This document shows positions 1 to 11,494 of a stretch of 48,481 nucleotides of DNA, in pieces (positions within the stretch are counted from its first letter, which is position 1; each line of letters begins with the position of its first letter). The translations under genes were made by a program, and so were the position numbers. The DNA comes from Octopus bimaculoides (lineage: Eukaryota), in assembly GCF_001194135.2 (NCBI RefSeq), contig NC_068986.1, forward strand, positions 12,389,340 through 12,437,820, in the 5' to 3' direction. The notes below the pieces were generated by a model. That model did no database searches. It had not been told where the DNA came from and worked only from the letters and a program-made list of their open reading frames with translations.

Positions 1-90
1 TTTTTCCTTCCTTCCCCCTCCCAAAAAGAAAAGCTCTACATTGTATTTGTCCCATCTTCGTTGAGCCCTGTGTGGCTAATAAAAGAAATG

Positions 91-118
91 TATCTATCTG
101 TCTGTCTGACTGTCTGAC

Positions 119-180
<62 letters not shown>

Positions 181-190
181 TCTATCTATC
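91..190. repeat. (TCTG)n/(TCTA)n compound microsatellite
   Basis: Directly visible tetranucleotide runs. Confidence 0.95.
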
Positions 191-752
191 GTGCGCGCAT
201 ACAGTAGCTTAAACGCGCCTAAAAAATCGTAGTAAATCCAATTTAGTTTTCCTTAAATATATGAAATTTCAAATTTTCTTCGTGTTTCCTCTCCAAATTT
301 TCTTCCATTTCTCCCAGGAAATATATGGTTTAGAAAAATGACCGAACCTATTTGTTATTTGTTATTACTCTTCTTTTTTTTTTACGCTTTACCGATTACA
401 TTTTTGTTTGATTCATCTTGGATTGTAAATCATGCATAACCTGTTCAGAAATTGATATACATACATATATAAATACATAGCTATATACATCCGTGCTAGT
501 TTAATAAGCTATGCTCGTAATCATATTCATCCAAATAATGTAATTTGTGTGTGTGGTGTTTGTGATAGTCTTTGTCGATCGATTGGTGACTTGGGGACAA
601 AAGCTCAGAGTGAGATCCCAAACAACATTTGTTACTCCAGAAAAGAGAGTTGTACAACGAAGAGCAAACAACTCCTTATCGAAAAACTATAAACTCTTCT
701 AATTGTCGAAGGTCGGTAAAATATGTGTGTGTGTGTGTGTACATATATGTAT

Positions 753-862
753 GGCATTGTTCAGTTTTCTGTCAAGATTTCTTGCCAATAGAAAAAGAGC
801 CGGCTTCCAGCCCACAACCAAGGCTCCTTCATTGGGATTTCAACATCAACAACGGTATTTTT
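753..862 (-). mobile_element. Short second copy of the 3' UTR end of the R4/Dong-like retrotransposon
   Basis: Diverged direct repeat of 964-1072 (CAAGATTTCTTG[C/T]CAATAGA...TTTCAAC[A/G]TCAACAAC...GGTATTTTTGTATG). It ends on the minus strand in ...AATGCC|ATAC. Confidence 0.7.
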
Positions 863-963
863 GTATGTATGTGTGTATGTATGTATGTATGTATGTATGT
901 ATGTATGTATGGATGGATGGATGTTTATATGTATGTGTGTGTGTGTTTGTCTTATGTATGTAT

Positions 964-1465
964 GTCATTATGCAGTTTATTCCAAGATTTCTTGTCAATA
1001 GAGTAAGAACCGGTTTCTAACCTAGATCCAATGCTCCGTCATAAGAATTTCAACGTCAACAACAGGGTATTTTTGTATGTATGTATGTATGTATGTGTGC
1101 AGATTTGTATTTTTGCTTTATTCTCATGCATATAGTTGCATATCTAGACATGCTCATATATATTTAAATGATAAACTTCTGGAAAGTTTTACAGATTTTT
1201 ACAGTTCCAGTGATGGATTGGATCTGGAGTCTTCGAATTAGCCTTCTCCTTTCTGGTTTTGAAAAGCCCAATTTCTCAAGATTGGCTTTTAAGCAGTGTG
1301 TTACATATCCCAGAGCCCCAATAATTACAGGTATAAAGCTGAACTTGTAATCTGTATAAAGTAAGTGCAAATTTCTCAATAGTTCAACGTAGGTATTCTC
1401 TTTTTCACTGATTTTCTCATATTCATCCATCTCCTCCAACTACTATTTCTGGGGTGGGGGTGGGG
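964..1465 (-). mobile_element. 5'-truncated RLE-type non-LTR retrotransposon (R4/Dong-like), 3' end of ORF plus 3' UTR, in (ATAC)n
   Basis: ORF 1164-1439 reads EKISEKENTYVELLRNLHLLY...FIPVIIGALG...LQIQSITGTVKICKTF, the K..KY..L...P.IIGALG pattern at the C-terminus of restriction-like endonuclease elements. (GTAT)n tracts lie on both sides (863-963, 1477-1509). Confidence 0.8.
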
Positions 1466-1602
1466 GACGTGAGAGTGTATGTATGTATGTATGTATGTAT
1501 GTATGTATGTTAAAACTTGAAAATGTCCTTGATATAATCTGTCCCAAGGTTTCACACACGCTTGTCCTTGGGTACTTTCAACGGAATCCAACTCATTGTA
1601 AC

Positions 1603-1921
1603 GTGGTTTCGTGGTTAGGGTTTGTGGCTTTTGCTCGTAAAGTACCGAGCTCGATACCCAGCCACGAGTTCTGTCCCTGAGCAAGACACTTTATTTTATG
1701 TTGCTCCGGCTCACGCAACTGGGAAAAGTGAGTTGTACAAGTGTTTCAAAGGGCCAACCATGTCACGTATACGCTGCACGCGGATCACCTCTTAAAACTA
1801 CGTTAAAAGTAGGCCTACCTATGAAATACTCGGCCACTTGCGCGTCTATTTCACGAGCAGGCTGTTCCGATGATCGGATCAACTGGAGCTCTTTGATCGT
1901 CATAACCGACGGAGGCCCACT
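1603..1921 (+). mobile_element. tRNA-derived CORE-type SINE (family B, tail variant 1)
   Basis: tRNA-like head GTGGTTAGGG...GAGCTCGATACC and CORE-like CCTGAGCAAGACACTTTATTT. The tail ATTTCACGAGCAGGCTGTTCCG...CCGACGGA is shared with 30076-30228. Confidence 0.75.
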
Positions 1922-2241
1922 AAGATACGCTAACCAGTATATGCTGATTCGTTGCTTCTATCTGTAGACATAAGACAACGAGATAAAAATAATGTTAATC
2001 ATCAACTAATACAATTGTTTCACACAATGTGTATCTGATTCTGTTTTATCTTTATGACAGTTGATGTATTAAATATCAGGCAGAAAATCAAGTTACCGGA
2101 GAAAGTAGGGCAAATGTCATTTAGGAAACTTTAGAAATTTGAATAATATCGTTTGATGTAATCGAGTATACATGGTGGTCTTTTTTTTTTATCAGATTAT
2201 TGTTAGATTTCTTATTTTGCTCTTTTTCTCTTCATTTATGC

Positions 2242-2273
<32 letters not shown>

Positions 2274-3304
2274 ATATCTATCTATCNNNNNNNNNNNNNN
2301 NNNNNNNNNNNNNNNNNNNNNNNNNNNNNNNNNNNNNNNNNNNNNNNNNNNNNNNNNNNNNNNNNNNNNNNNNNNNNNNNNNNNNNNNNNNNNNNNNNNN
2401 NNNNNNNNNNNNNNNNNNNNNNNNNNNNNNNNNNNNNNNNNNNNNNNNNNNNNNNNNNNNNNNNNNNNNNNNNNNNNNNNNNNNNNNNNNNNNNNNNNNN
2501 NNNNNNNNNNNNNNNNNNNNNNNNNNNNNNNNNNNNNNNNNNNNNNNNNNNNNNNNNNNNNNNNNNNNNNNNNNNNNNNNNNNNNNNNNNNNNNNNNNNN
2601 NNNNNNNNNNNNNNNNNNNNNNNNNNNNNNNNNNNNNNNNNNNNNNNNNNNNNNNNNNNNNNNNNNNNNNNNNNNNNNNNNNNNNNNNNNNNNNNNNNNN
2701 NNNNNNNNNNNNNNNNNNNNNNNNNNNNNNNNNNNNNNNNNNNNNNNNNNNNNNNNNNNNNNNNNNNNNNNNNNNNNNNNNNNNNNNNNNNNNNNNNNNN
2801 NNNNNNNNNNNNNNNNNNNNNNNNNNNNNNNNNNNNNNNNNNNNNNNNNNNNNNNNNNNNNNNNNNNNNNNNNNNNNNNNNNNNNNNNNNNNNNNNNNNN
2901 NNNNNNNNNNNNNNNNNNNNNNNNNNNNNNNNNNNNNNNNNNNNNNNNNNNNNNNNNNNNNNNNNNNNNNNNNNNNNNNNNNNNNNNNNNNNNNNNNNNN
3001 NNNNNNNNNNNNNNNNNNNNNNNNNNNNNNNNNNNNNNNNNNNNNNNNNNNNNNNNNNNNNNNNNNNNNNNNNNNNNNNNNNNNNNNNNNNNNNNNNNNN
3101 NNNNNNNNNNNNNTAGAATATATACAGACATACATATATATATGTATACATATATATATATACATATATATATAATATATATACAGACATACATATATAT
3201 ATATAAATACATACATACACACACATATATATACTCGCACACACACACGCACACAAACAAGCACGCATGCATATATACATGTATACATACATTATATATT
3301 CTTT

Positions 3305-3723
3305 TATTTTTATTCTTTACCTGTTTCAGTCATTTGACTGTGGTCATGCTCGAGCACCACCTTTAGTCGTACAAATCGACCCCAGAACGTATTCTTTGTA
3401 AGCCTAATACTTATTTTATCGGGCGCTTCTGCCGAACCGCTAAGTTAAGGGGACGTAAACACACCAACATCGGTTGTCAAGCGATGGTCGAGTGACAAAC
3501 ACATACATACACACACACACACATATGTACAATTATATATATAGGTATGTATATATATACATACGACAGGGTTCTTCATTTTCCGTCTACTAAATCCACT
3601 GAGTAGGCTTTGGTCGGCCCGAGGCTATAGTGGAAGACACTTGCTCAAGGTGCCACGCAGTGGGACTGAACTCGGAACCATGTGGCTGGTAAGCAAGCTA
3701 CTTACCACAGAGCCACGCCTGCA
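3305..3723 (-). mobile_element. Near full-length SINE (family A)
   Basis: Reverse complement of the recurrent consensus GCAGGCGTGGCTGTGTGGTAAG...GGCACCTTGGGCAAGTGTCTTCTACTATAGCC...internal microsatellite...GGTGCTCCAGCATGGCCGCAGTCAAATGACTGAAAC. Confidence 0.9.
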
Positions 3724-3821
3724 TATTTTTGTAAATGTTGTGAGTTTATTTGTGATCCACCATTTCTTAATATGTGTAAATGCATTGCGCAATATTTCGG
3801 TTACTTATCTCGTAACGGTCT

Positions 3822-3975
3822 ATATTGTAAAACGCTTAGTTCCCAACCACCTGGTTGCGGGTTCAGTTCCACTGCGTGGCACCTTAGGCAAATGTCTTCT
3901 ACTATAGCCTTGGGCCGACCAAAGCGCTGTAAGTGGATTTGGTAGACGGAAAATAAAAGAAGTTCATTGTAAATG

Positions 3976-4033
<58 letters not shown>

Positions 4034-4228
4034 TGTACCCCTGCCATCGCTTGACAACCGATGTTGGCGTGTTTATGTCCCCGTTATCTAGCGGTTCGGC
4101 AAAAGAGACCGATAGAATAAGTACTAGGCTTACAAAGAATAAATCCTGGGGTTGATTTTGTCGACTAAAGGCGGTGCTCCAGCATGGTCGCAGTCAAATG
4201 ACTGAAAGAAGTAAAATATTAAAAGAAT
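3822..4228 (+). mobile_element. Near full-length SINE (family A)
   Basis: Same consensus as 3305-3723 in the opposite orientation, with an internal (TA)/(TG) tract and an AAAAGAATA tail. Confidence 0.9.
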
Positions 4229-4233
4229 ACATA

Positions 4234-5282
4234 CGCGGATCGGCTGCAAGGTTCATAAGGCTGACTAAGATACTCTCGTGGAATGGGACCAAATGAAGTT
4301 TGTTATTCCCCATAGTCTCGCTGGCGGTTAACATACTTCTTCGATCGGTGCTGCAGTGCTTGGATCCGGTTTGGTGATGAAGCTTTTTTATCTTGTTGGT
4401 GAAAGGAGTCATCAACAGCAGATACAACGTATTCATCGCTACTATTCTGGGTCCCAATGAAGTGCTTTTTCATGTTGAGAGAACAGATGATATTCAGATG
4501 GGGCCAAATAAGGAGAAGATGGAAGGTGATCAACCAGTTCAAAGCCACAGTTACGCACAACAGACATCGAAAGCAAGGACTTATGTACTGGAGTATTCTC
4601 GTAATGAAAGAAGACCAATTTCGCTAGTTTTTCTGTGTGTTTGGTTTTGATAGCATTTCATAACTGCCTCAGCAACTTGGCATACTACTCTCCATTAGTG
4701 GTGTGGCCCTTTTGAAAATAGCCAATAAACACAATGCCTTCTGAACCCCCCCCCCCCNNNNNNNNNNCCCCCTCCAAAATTAGTCCATCACCTTCCTTGC
4801 AAATGAAACGACCTTAGCTTTGTTTGGAGTAGAGTAGGAGGGGTGTTTCCATTGCATGGAGTGTCTCCTTGTCTCTGGCTCAATGGGATGAAGCCATAAC
4901 TCATCCTGGATTAGGAAACGTACAAGGAAACCAGTTGGATCTACCCTAAACAACGTCATATCATTCTGTGATGTGATCAGCCCGGTGCACTTTCCATTAG
5001 GTATCAAAAGATGCGGTACTCACCGAGCTAAAACCTTCTAAGTTCATTATGCAGAATAATTTTAATTCTCTCACTGGATATGCTAATAGCATTGGCTATT
5101 TGATTTATAGTTAATCACCTGTCACCTGTCGCTACATGGTGAACACAATCAAGGTATTCCTCGTTGATGGCAGTTGCAGGACGTCAGGACATTGGGTCAT
5201 CTTCAAGACTTTCTGTTCCCCTTCTAAATTCAACTTCCGATTTTTGCACTGTTGATAAAGCTGGAGCGTCATCCACTAATAT
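4234..5282 (-). mobile_element. Decayed mariner transposon (3' TIR plus transposase pseudogene), 5' part lost
   Basis: Minus-strand translations across frameshifts: DDAPALSTVQK..EFRRG.ESLEDDP..RPATA, KVLAR*VPHLL (WVPRLL), DELWLHPIEPETRRHSMQWKH...KAKVV, MKKHFIG...SDEYVVSAVDD...IQALQHR. A TA followed by a TIR-like CGCGGATCGGCTGCAAGGTTCATA lies at 4232-4260. Confidence 0.9.
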
Positions 5283-5640
5283 ATACAGCAGGCTTCTTTC
5301 AGTTTTCGTCGCATATAAATATATGCATGTGTGTGTGTTTGTCCCCAGTCACCGCTTGATAACCGGTTTTGGTGTGTTTACGTCATGGTAACTTAGCGGT
5401 CCAGCAAAGAGATAGATTAAGTACCAGGCTTTAAAAAGAAAGAATAAAGAAATAAGTACCGAGGTCGCTTCATTCGAATAAAAATTCTTCAAGTAGTTTC
5501 CGTCCACTAAAATCACTCTTAAAACATTGGTCGTGCCGGAGCTACAATAGAGGACACTTGCCCGAGGTGCTTCACGATGGGGCTGAACCCGAAACTGCGT
5601 GGTTTCAAATGGAACTTCTTAACCACATAGCCATACCTAT
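5283..5640. mobile_element. Nested family A SINE fragments (minus-strand 5' half interrupted by a plus-strand 3' half)
   Basis: 5283-5308 and 5494-5640 match the minus-strand SINE head. 5320-5493 matches the plus-strand body and tail. Confidence 0.7.
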
Positions 5641-6059
5641 AACTATATCTCTAATAATGTTTCAGACATTCTAGTGAAAAAGTTGTGTTTGTAAACTCTT
5701 AATGTCTGCAGTAATTAGGTGAACGAAAGTCATCTTTCTGAATCACCTGCTGCCAGCTAAAACCATTTCATTTGGAATGAAAAATGTCAATAGAAGTGAT
5801 GTTTGAAGAGAGTGAGGAGCGATGGAAGAGCGCCATGATAAATGTAGTTGACGTAACGTTGAAGCTGTCGTCTACTCTTAGAATTTTGTTTAGTCAGCGA
5901 AAACGTAGCCGTTGCTTTCACTGACAGTGGCTGTCTGCTTTTATTAGCTGGAAACACAACCATCACCACCATGACAGATTCCTTTGCGGAGGGGCAAAGG
6001 CACTTTGGGTAATAGTGACTGCATGCTGCATAGCAAAAATAACACTAAATGTGAAACAT

Positions 6060-6275
6060 TTATTGATAGCAAATACATCAGCGACAACTACAATAACAAC
6101 ACTAAATGGGGACAGACGAGCAACAACAAAAACAACTGGAATACATACAACACCATCAACAACTGCAGCAAAAACAAAATAGATGACAAAAGCAATAATA
6201 TCTACAGCACTAACAACAACAAGCACAATACCACCACAACCACCGACTACAACAATAACAACAGCGACGGCTGCA
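6060..6275. repeat. Degenerate (AAC)n low-complexity tract
   Basis: Runs of ACAACAAC/AACAAT; explains the Asn/Thr-rich ORF 5984-6472. Confidence 0.85.
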
Positions 6276-6899
6276 ACAGTCTAGCAAGAATAATTCTCGG
6301 TCAGTTTTACAGTTATAAATATTTTAAAAAATGGATTCATTGTCTCCTCCCCCGCCCAAAAATACCGATCACACGAGAAGGCCTTCGGGATTTTGCCCCT
6401 GTAACATCGACAAAGCGATTTTTGCTGGAGACTTCATTATATGTCGACATGACACGAAAGAATAAGTTCTGATATGAAATCGAACTATTCCGAACTAGAG
6501 AAACCAAAACTACTTTTTAGGGGTCTTTCAAAAAATTAACCCCCCCTCATCTGGATGCCCATTTACAAATCGCCCTCCAAAGTAAATTAAATGACCTCTA
6601 TCAATTTCTAACCAACGTACTGTACCTTATTAAGATGTATAAATGCAAGCTCCTTATATCAGCTTAGGAAGAATGTTACTTGTTCAGTTATTTTAAATTA
6701 ATAGACATAGATCCGGTCGCCATCATCGAGTCCAGAATTTCCAGAGCGCGCACAAGCCCTAACACAAGTCTATCTTCGATGGCAAAAAGGTAAATGCAAT
6801 ATTTTACCTGATGCAGATCGTGCGGTGAAGTGGTAGTGTTGTTTTCAAAATCTTTGCATGTTCAGTTTTGTATGATTTCCCCTGAAACCGGTTGGTACA

Positions 6900-7255
6900 C
6901 CGTTAGTGCCGTACATAGAGCAGCAAAACGTCTGCAATCATTCTGCTTTTGAGCAGAGTCGCTTGCATCTACCCAGGTGATGCAAAGTCACTTAAGGATT
7001 TTTTTGAAGATAACACACCATGTCTTCTTGGGCCTCCATCTGTTTCTTCGTCCCTTTGTTGGTACACATTTCAGAGATGTTTTGAGTATTCGTCTTTCTG
7101 GCAGTCGGAAATACATGACTTGCTATTCTCACTCTTCTTTCTGCCACAATCTTCTGCAGACACTGCACACTGATTCTTCTTAAGACTTCAGCGCTTGTGA
7201 TTCAGTCCCTTGGGTATTCTGTGAAGAAACCATTGGTGAAATGCGTTCAACATCA
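6900..7255 (-). mobile_element. RTE-clade LINE 3' fragment (pseudogene)
   Basis: Minus-strand translation with a frameshift: MLNAFHQ..L.RI / ITSAEVLRRISVQCLQKIVAERRVRIASHV / FRLPERRILKTSLKCVPTKGRRNRWRPKKTW, matching the RTE C-terminal GHV.R....R.GRP..TW pattern. Confidence 0.8.
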
Positions 7256-7789
7256 GATGTCGGCTCTCAATCCCTGTGTTGCACTCCACTCCGTTTGTAG
7301 ACACTGAGAAGCGAAAGAATCAGACCGGGGATTCGGAGTAGAAAGCCAAGCATTTTAAAGAGAATTATTATATCATCTCTGGTGTTCATTTCTTATTTAA
7401 AACAATAGGATATGGTTTAAGGGAGACTTCGCTGCTATTTCTAGAAAGAACTATGTTTACTCCCTGTTTTCTGTTTGATTTCAGCAGGTGCCTAAAATGT
7501 TTTTCATTTACCCGGGTCGATAACATGAGTACCTGTCGTATACTAAACGATAAATCATTAATCAATTCCCAATATTCAATAAGTAGCTTCCAGTGAAACG
7601 ATTCTTTGAACACCACAGTTCAATAGTTAATTTATTCAATGTCAGTAATCGGGTGTTAGATTGAAGTTCGCCCTAACATATACTAACATAGTCTAACGTA
7701 TACTAACATATACTGAGGAGGTGGACATGACCTAGACCTGATCTACAACGCTGAACTTCGACCAAAACTGCTTCTCTAGCTTTAATTTT

Positions 7790-8051
7790 CTCACTACTGT
7801 CTCTCTTCTTTGTCTCTCTCACCCTCTCTCTCCCAGTTAAAGATTATTCTCTTTCTCTCTCTTTAAGTTTCCTGCCTCTATTTCTCTTCTCTGACCATCG
7901 ACCCTCTCTCTGTTTAAATATACTGTCTACCTTTATGCTTTCTTTTTGTCCCCCCCCCACCATTTTTTTATCTCCCTTTTAAAATATATTAACTCTCTTT
8001 TCTCTGCCTGTCATTATTTCCCTCTTTTGTTTTACTGCGTCTCTCTCTCTT

Positions 8052-8114
<63 letters not shown>

Positions 8115-8256
8115 TTNNNNNNNNNNNNNNNNNNNNNNNNNNNNNNNNNNNNNNNNNNNNNNNNNNNNNNNNNNNNNNNNNNNNNNNNNNNNNNNNNNNN
8201 NNNNNNNNNNNNNNNNNNNNNNNNNNNNNNNNNNNNNNNNNNNNNNTCTCTCTCTT

Positions 8257-8305
<49 letters not shown>

Positions 8306-8354
8306 TTCTCTCTTTCTCTCTTTCTCTCTCTCTCTCTTTCTCTCTCTCTCTTTT

Positions 8355-8386
<32 letters not shown>

Positions 8387-9120
8387 ACACACACAGACAC
8401 ATACAAAGACAATGTCTCACTCTAGTACGCACACACACACACACACACACACACAGGCACAACCACACACACTTCCTTTCGTTTACCTTCTTCCCACCCT
8501 TTCCGCCCATCTTTTCTATTACTTCTTCTTCCTCCGCCATTTTCCCCGTCAACGTCAGACTCTTTCCCATTCTCTTTCTCTTTTACTCTCAAACACATCA
8601 ATCTACTTTCCTTCTTCCTCTCTTTCAGTCCCCCTTCACTCTCTCTTCTTTTCAGTTTCTCTCTCTCCATCTCAACTTATTTGCTTTATCTGTCTCTTTC
8701 TCTCTCTTTATTTCCCCCTCTCTCTCTCTCTTTATCTCTCTCTCTCTCTCTCTTTATTTCTCTCTCTCTCTCTCTCCTTTGATTTTACTCAATTACTCTC
8801 TACCTCTTTACTTTCCACTGTGTTTCCCTTCTTATCTCCCTTCTCATGCCCGCTCTTTTCTCTTACCTTCTGCTGCTTCTCACTCCCATTCTTTCTTCTT
8901 CGTCCTCACATGCATTGTCTTATTCTTCTTTATCTCCCTTACTCTGTCTTACACACCCTCACACAAACTCATAGTCACTTCTTCATTTCCCCTCCTACAT
9001 CGACATCATTTCTCTTTATTACTCCCCACCTATCCTCCTCTCTTTTACACAGGTTTCCCTCTCACTCCCTCTCTCTCTGCATTTCTTTCACTGTTGTTTC
9101 TTCCTCAGCTTTTAACTAAC
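7790..9120. repeat. Pyrimidine-rich (CT)n/(CTTT) low-complexity region with a (CA)n tract and an N gap
   Basis: Directly visible; accounts for the S/L and R/E ORFs in the track. Confidence 0.9.
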
Positions 9121-9384
9121 CCTCAATCACTCTCTCCTCTGATTCTTAAAGACGCCATCATGCCCAGAGGATGTACAACGGAAATATCTCGCCTCTATCT
9201 CGGTTTCCTTTTGTTTGAAGAATATGTAAGACCAGATTTTCAATAACTCATTCACTCACTTCCTTTCATCCTTCTTTTGTTCGCATCTTTCACTCTTTCT
9301 TTCCCTCTTTCTTTCTTCCTTTTCCCCTGTTTTCGTTCGTCCTTCCTTCCGTCTTGCATCTAATTTATTTTCTCTCAGTCCCTC

Positions 9385-9434
9385 TATATATGTATGTATA
9401 TATGCATGTATATGTTATATATGTATGTATATAG

Positions 9435-9474
<40 letters not shown>

Positions 9475-9955
9475 NNNNNNNNNNNNNNNNNNNNNNNNNN
9501 NNNNNNNNNNNNNNNNNNNNNNNNNNNNNNNNNNNNNNNNNNNNNNNNNNNNNNNNNNNNNNNNNNNNNNNNNNNNNNNNNNNNNNNNNNNNNNNNNNNN
9601 NNNNNNNNNNNNNNNNNNACACATGCATATATATTTTATATATATATGTGTATACATATATATATATGTATTTATATATATATATATCCATGTATATATA
9701 TATACACACACATATATAAACGTATATACTGGTATACATACATAAACATACACATACACAATCACACAGACACGCGCGCGTGAGCATATATGTATATACA
9801 TATATATATACATACACATATATATAAACATACATACATATACACATATATAAACACATATACGCATACACTGTATACATACACAAACACATACGCATTC
9901 ACACACGCGTGTGCATGCGCATACATACGCACTCGCATACGCACACGCATATCTT
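9385..9955. repeat. (TA)n/(CA)n mixed microsatellite with an N gap
   Basis: Directly visible. Confidence 0.9.
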
Positions 9956-10159
9956 ACACTCCCTTTTTCAAGCTATGAAGCTTTCTTCTTTTACGTTTTC
10001 CAAATCTACCTGATTGCAATACATCTTTTCCTCGACAACTCATATTCCTTTCAGGAATCGTATACAGACGTGTATAAAATTCTATGGAAGCGTTTCGGTG
10101 TGAGAGAGGCTGTTTTTATGTGCTTGACTGAGCAGAGGTTGCCACTGGCATGCCTGTGT

Positions 10160-10265
10160 GGATTGCTTCTACATGGTTTCGGGTTCAGTGCCACTGCATG
10201 GCAACTTGGGCAACAATCTGGTACTATAGCCCCAGGCAAACAAATCACATGTGAATGGATTTTGC
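10160..10265 (+). mobile_element. SINE family A head fragment
   Basis: CATGGTTTCGGGTTCAGTGCCACTGCATGGCAACTTGGGCAA...TACTATAGCC. Confidence 0.7.
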
Positions 10266-10537
10266 CGCACGGCAACTTCCACGTTTTGCATCAATCTTCT
10301 CAGATTTACTCATGAAGCAGTGTTCTTATTTTCAATTAGAACAATGTTCTCTGAGCATGCAGAGTTCTTCGAGGCACAAGCCGTGTTATAAAATCCTGCC
10401 TAGAAACGTGTTTTCACCTCAAGAAACTAATGGTACTACGCATTTTAAAACTGCCGACATTAATTGATATTTATCTCTTAATGGATGAAGTACTTTTTAT
10501 TGACCTTACCTTAACGGAACAGTAATGTATATGTATA

Positions 10538-10599
<62 letters not shown>

Positions 10600-10631
10600 G
10601 TATCAACTCAATATATATATATATATATATA

Positions 10632-10930
10632 TGAGGAGACCCCATTCGGTCATGACTGACGATGGGATTGCACCTAGAAAATTACCCTCCGAGGCACAAG
10701 TTCGGGCAAAGTTGTTTGTGGAAGGCCAGCAGTCGCCCATGCATACCAGCCTCCCCTCTCTACATCACTGATGTTATGGAAGGAAAAGGCAAGGGGGCCG
10801 ATACAGCTGAGTTAATTGGAGTAACGTGAAATAAAGTGTCTTGCTGAAGAACATAACACGCAGATCGGTCTGAGAATCGAACTCACAACATCACGATCGT
10901 AAGCTCGTAGCTCTAACCACTGAGCCATTT
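10632..10930 (-). mobile_element. tRNA-derived CORE-type SINE (family B, tail variant 2)
   Basis: Minus strand has A box TGGCTCAGTGG, B box GTTCGATTC, then CAGCAAGACACTTTATTTCACGTT. Its 3' part (GGGATTGCACCTAGAAA on the plus strand) differs from that of 1603-1921. Confidence 0.8.
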
Positions 10931-10935
10931 AGGCG

Positions 10936-11058
10936 CTGGCGTGACTGTGTGGTAAGAAGCTTGTTTCCCAGCCACATAGTTCTAGGTTCACTTCGACTGG
11001 GTGGCTCCATGGGTAAGTGTCTTCTAATATAGCGTCGGGCCGACCAAAGCCTTTGTCG
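10936..11058 (+). mobile_element. SINE family A head fragment
   Basis: GGCGTGACTGTGTGGTAAGAAGCTTG...GGGTAAGTGTCTTCTAATATAGC...GGGCCGACCAAAGCC. Confidence 0.8.
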
Positions 11059-11074
11059 GGCAAATATATTCTTT

Positions 11075-11290
11075 TCTACTTTAGGCACAAGGCCCGAAAA
11101 TTTGGGGAGAGGGCCCCAACCGATTAGATCGACCCCAGTAGGCAACAATTCTTTATGTTCTGACTACAAATCCAACCGAGCGGTGAACTTTACCTTTCAT
11201 CCTTTAGGGGTCGGTACAATAATGTCTTAGAGTCAACGTTTGAGAGTGGACCTGTCACTTCAAAATTGTTAGCCTTGTGTCTATATTAAA
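11075..11290. mobile_element. Two SINE family C fragments (minus 11075-11145, plus 11165-11290)
   Basis: AGGCACAAGGCCCGAAAATTTGGGG...ATCGACCCCAGTA and CTTTCATCCTTTAGGGGTCG...GCCTTGTG. Confidence 0.65.
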
Positions 11291-11494
11291 AGCAATTATT
11301 TTTTTTGAAACTTAAATTTCATTTAAATTTGTGATTTAATGAACGACCGTAGTTTGCGAGGAGAAAATGAATAGCTTTGCTGTTAGGGACAAAAAATGTC
11401 CGGTATATATCTGAAACTTTTTGTTTGTGTTTGTGTTTTCGAGTTACTACTTAAACGTGTGTATATGTGGATAAAAAAAGCTTCCAGAGATATC

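Noticed and set aside
2172-3366. Long ORFs of 200-390 aa in the track (also 15500-16330, 27679-28602, 30463-31226, 32346-33172, 37097-37690, 38949-40041, 43056-43754)
   Set aside because: They stay open only because they run through N gaps and microsatellites; no real coding content.
5984-6472. 162-aa Asn/Thr-rich ORF
   Set aside because: Degenerate (AAC)n tract with no domain or splice support.
7386-7616. 76-aa minus-strand ORF with normal-looking composition
   Set aside because: No recognisable motif or splice structure; length within chance expectation.
8412-9246. Leu/Ser-rich 235-aa and 155-aa ORFs
   Set aside because: CT-rich low complexity lacks stop codons by composition.
10860-10930. 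tRNA gene-like sequence with A and B boxes (also 31590-31662, 1603-1660)
   Set aside because: Continues directly into SINE bodies and does not form a complete cloverleaf; these are SINE heads.
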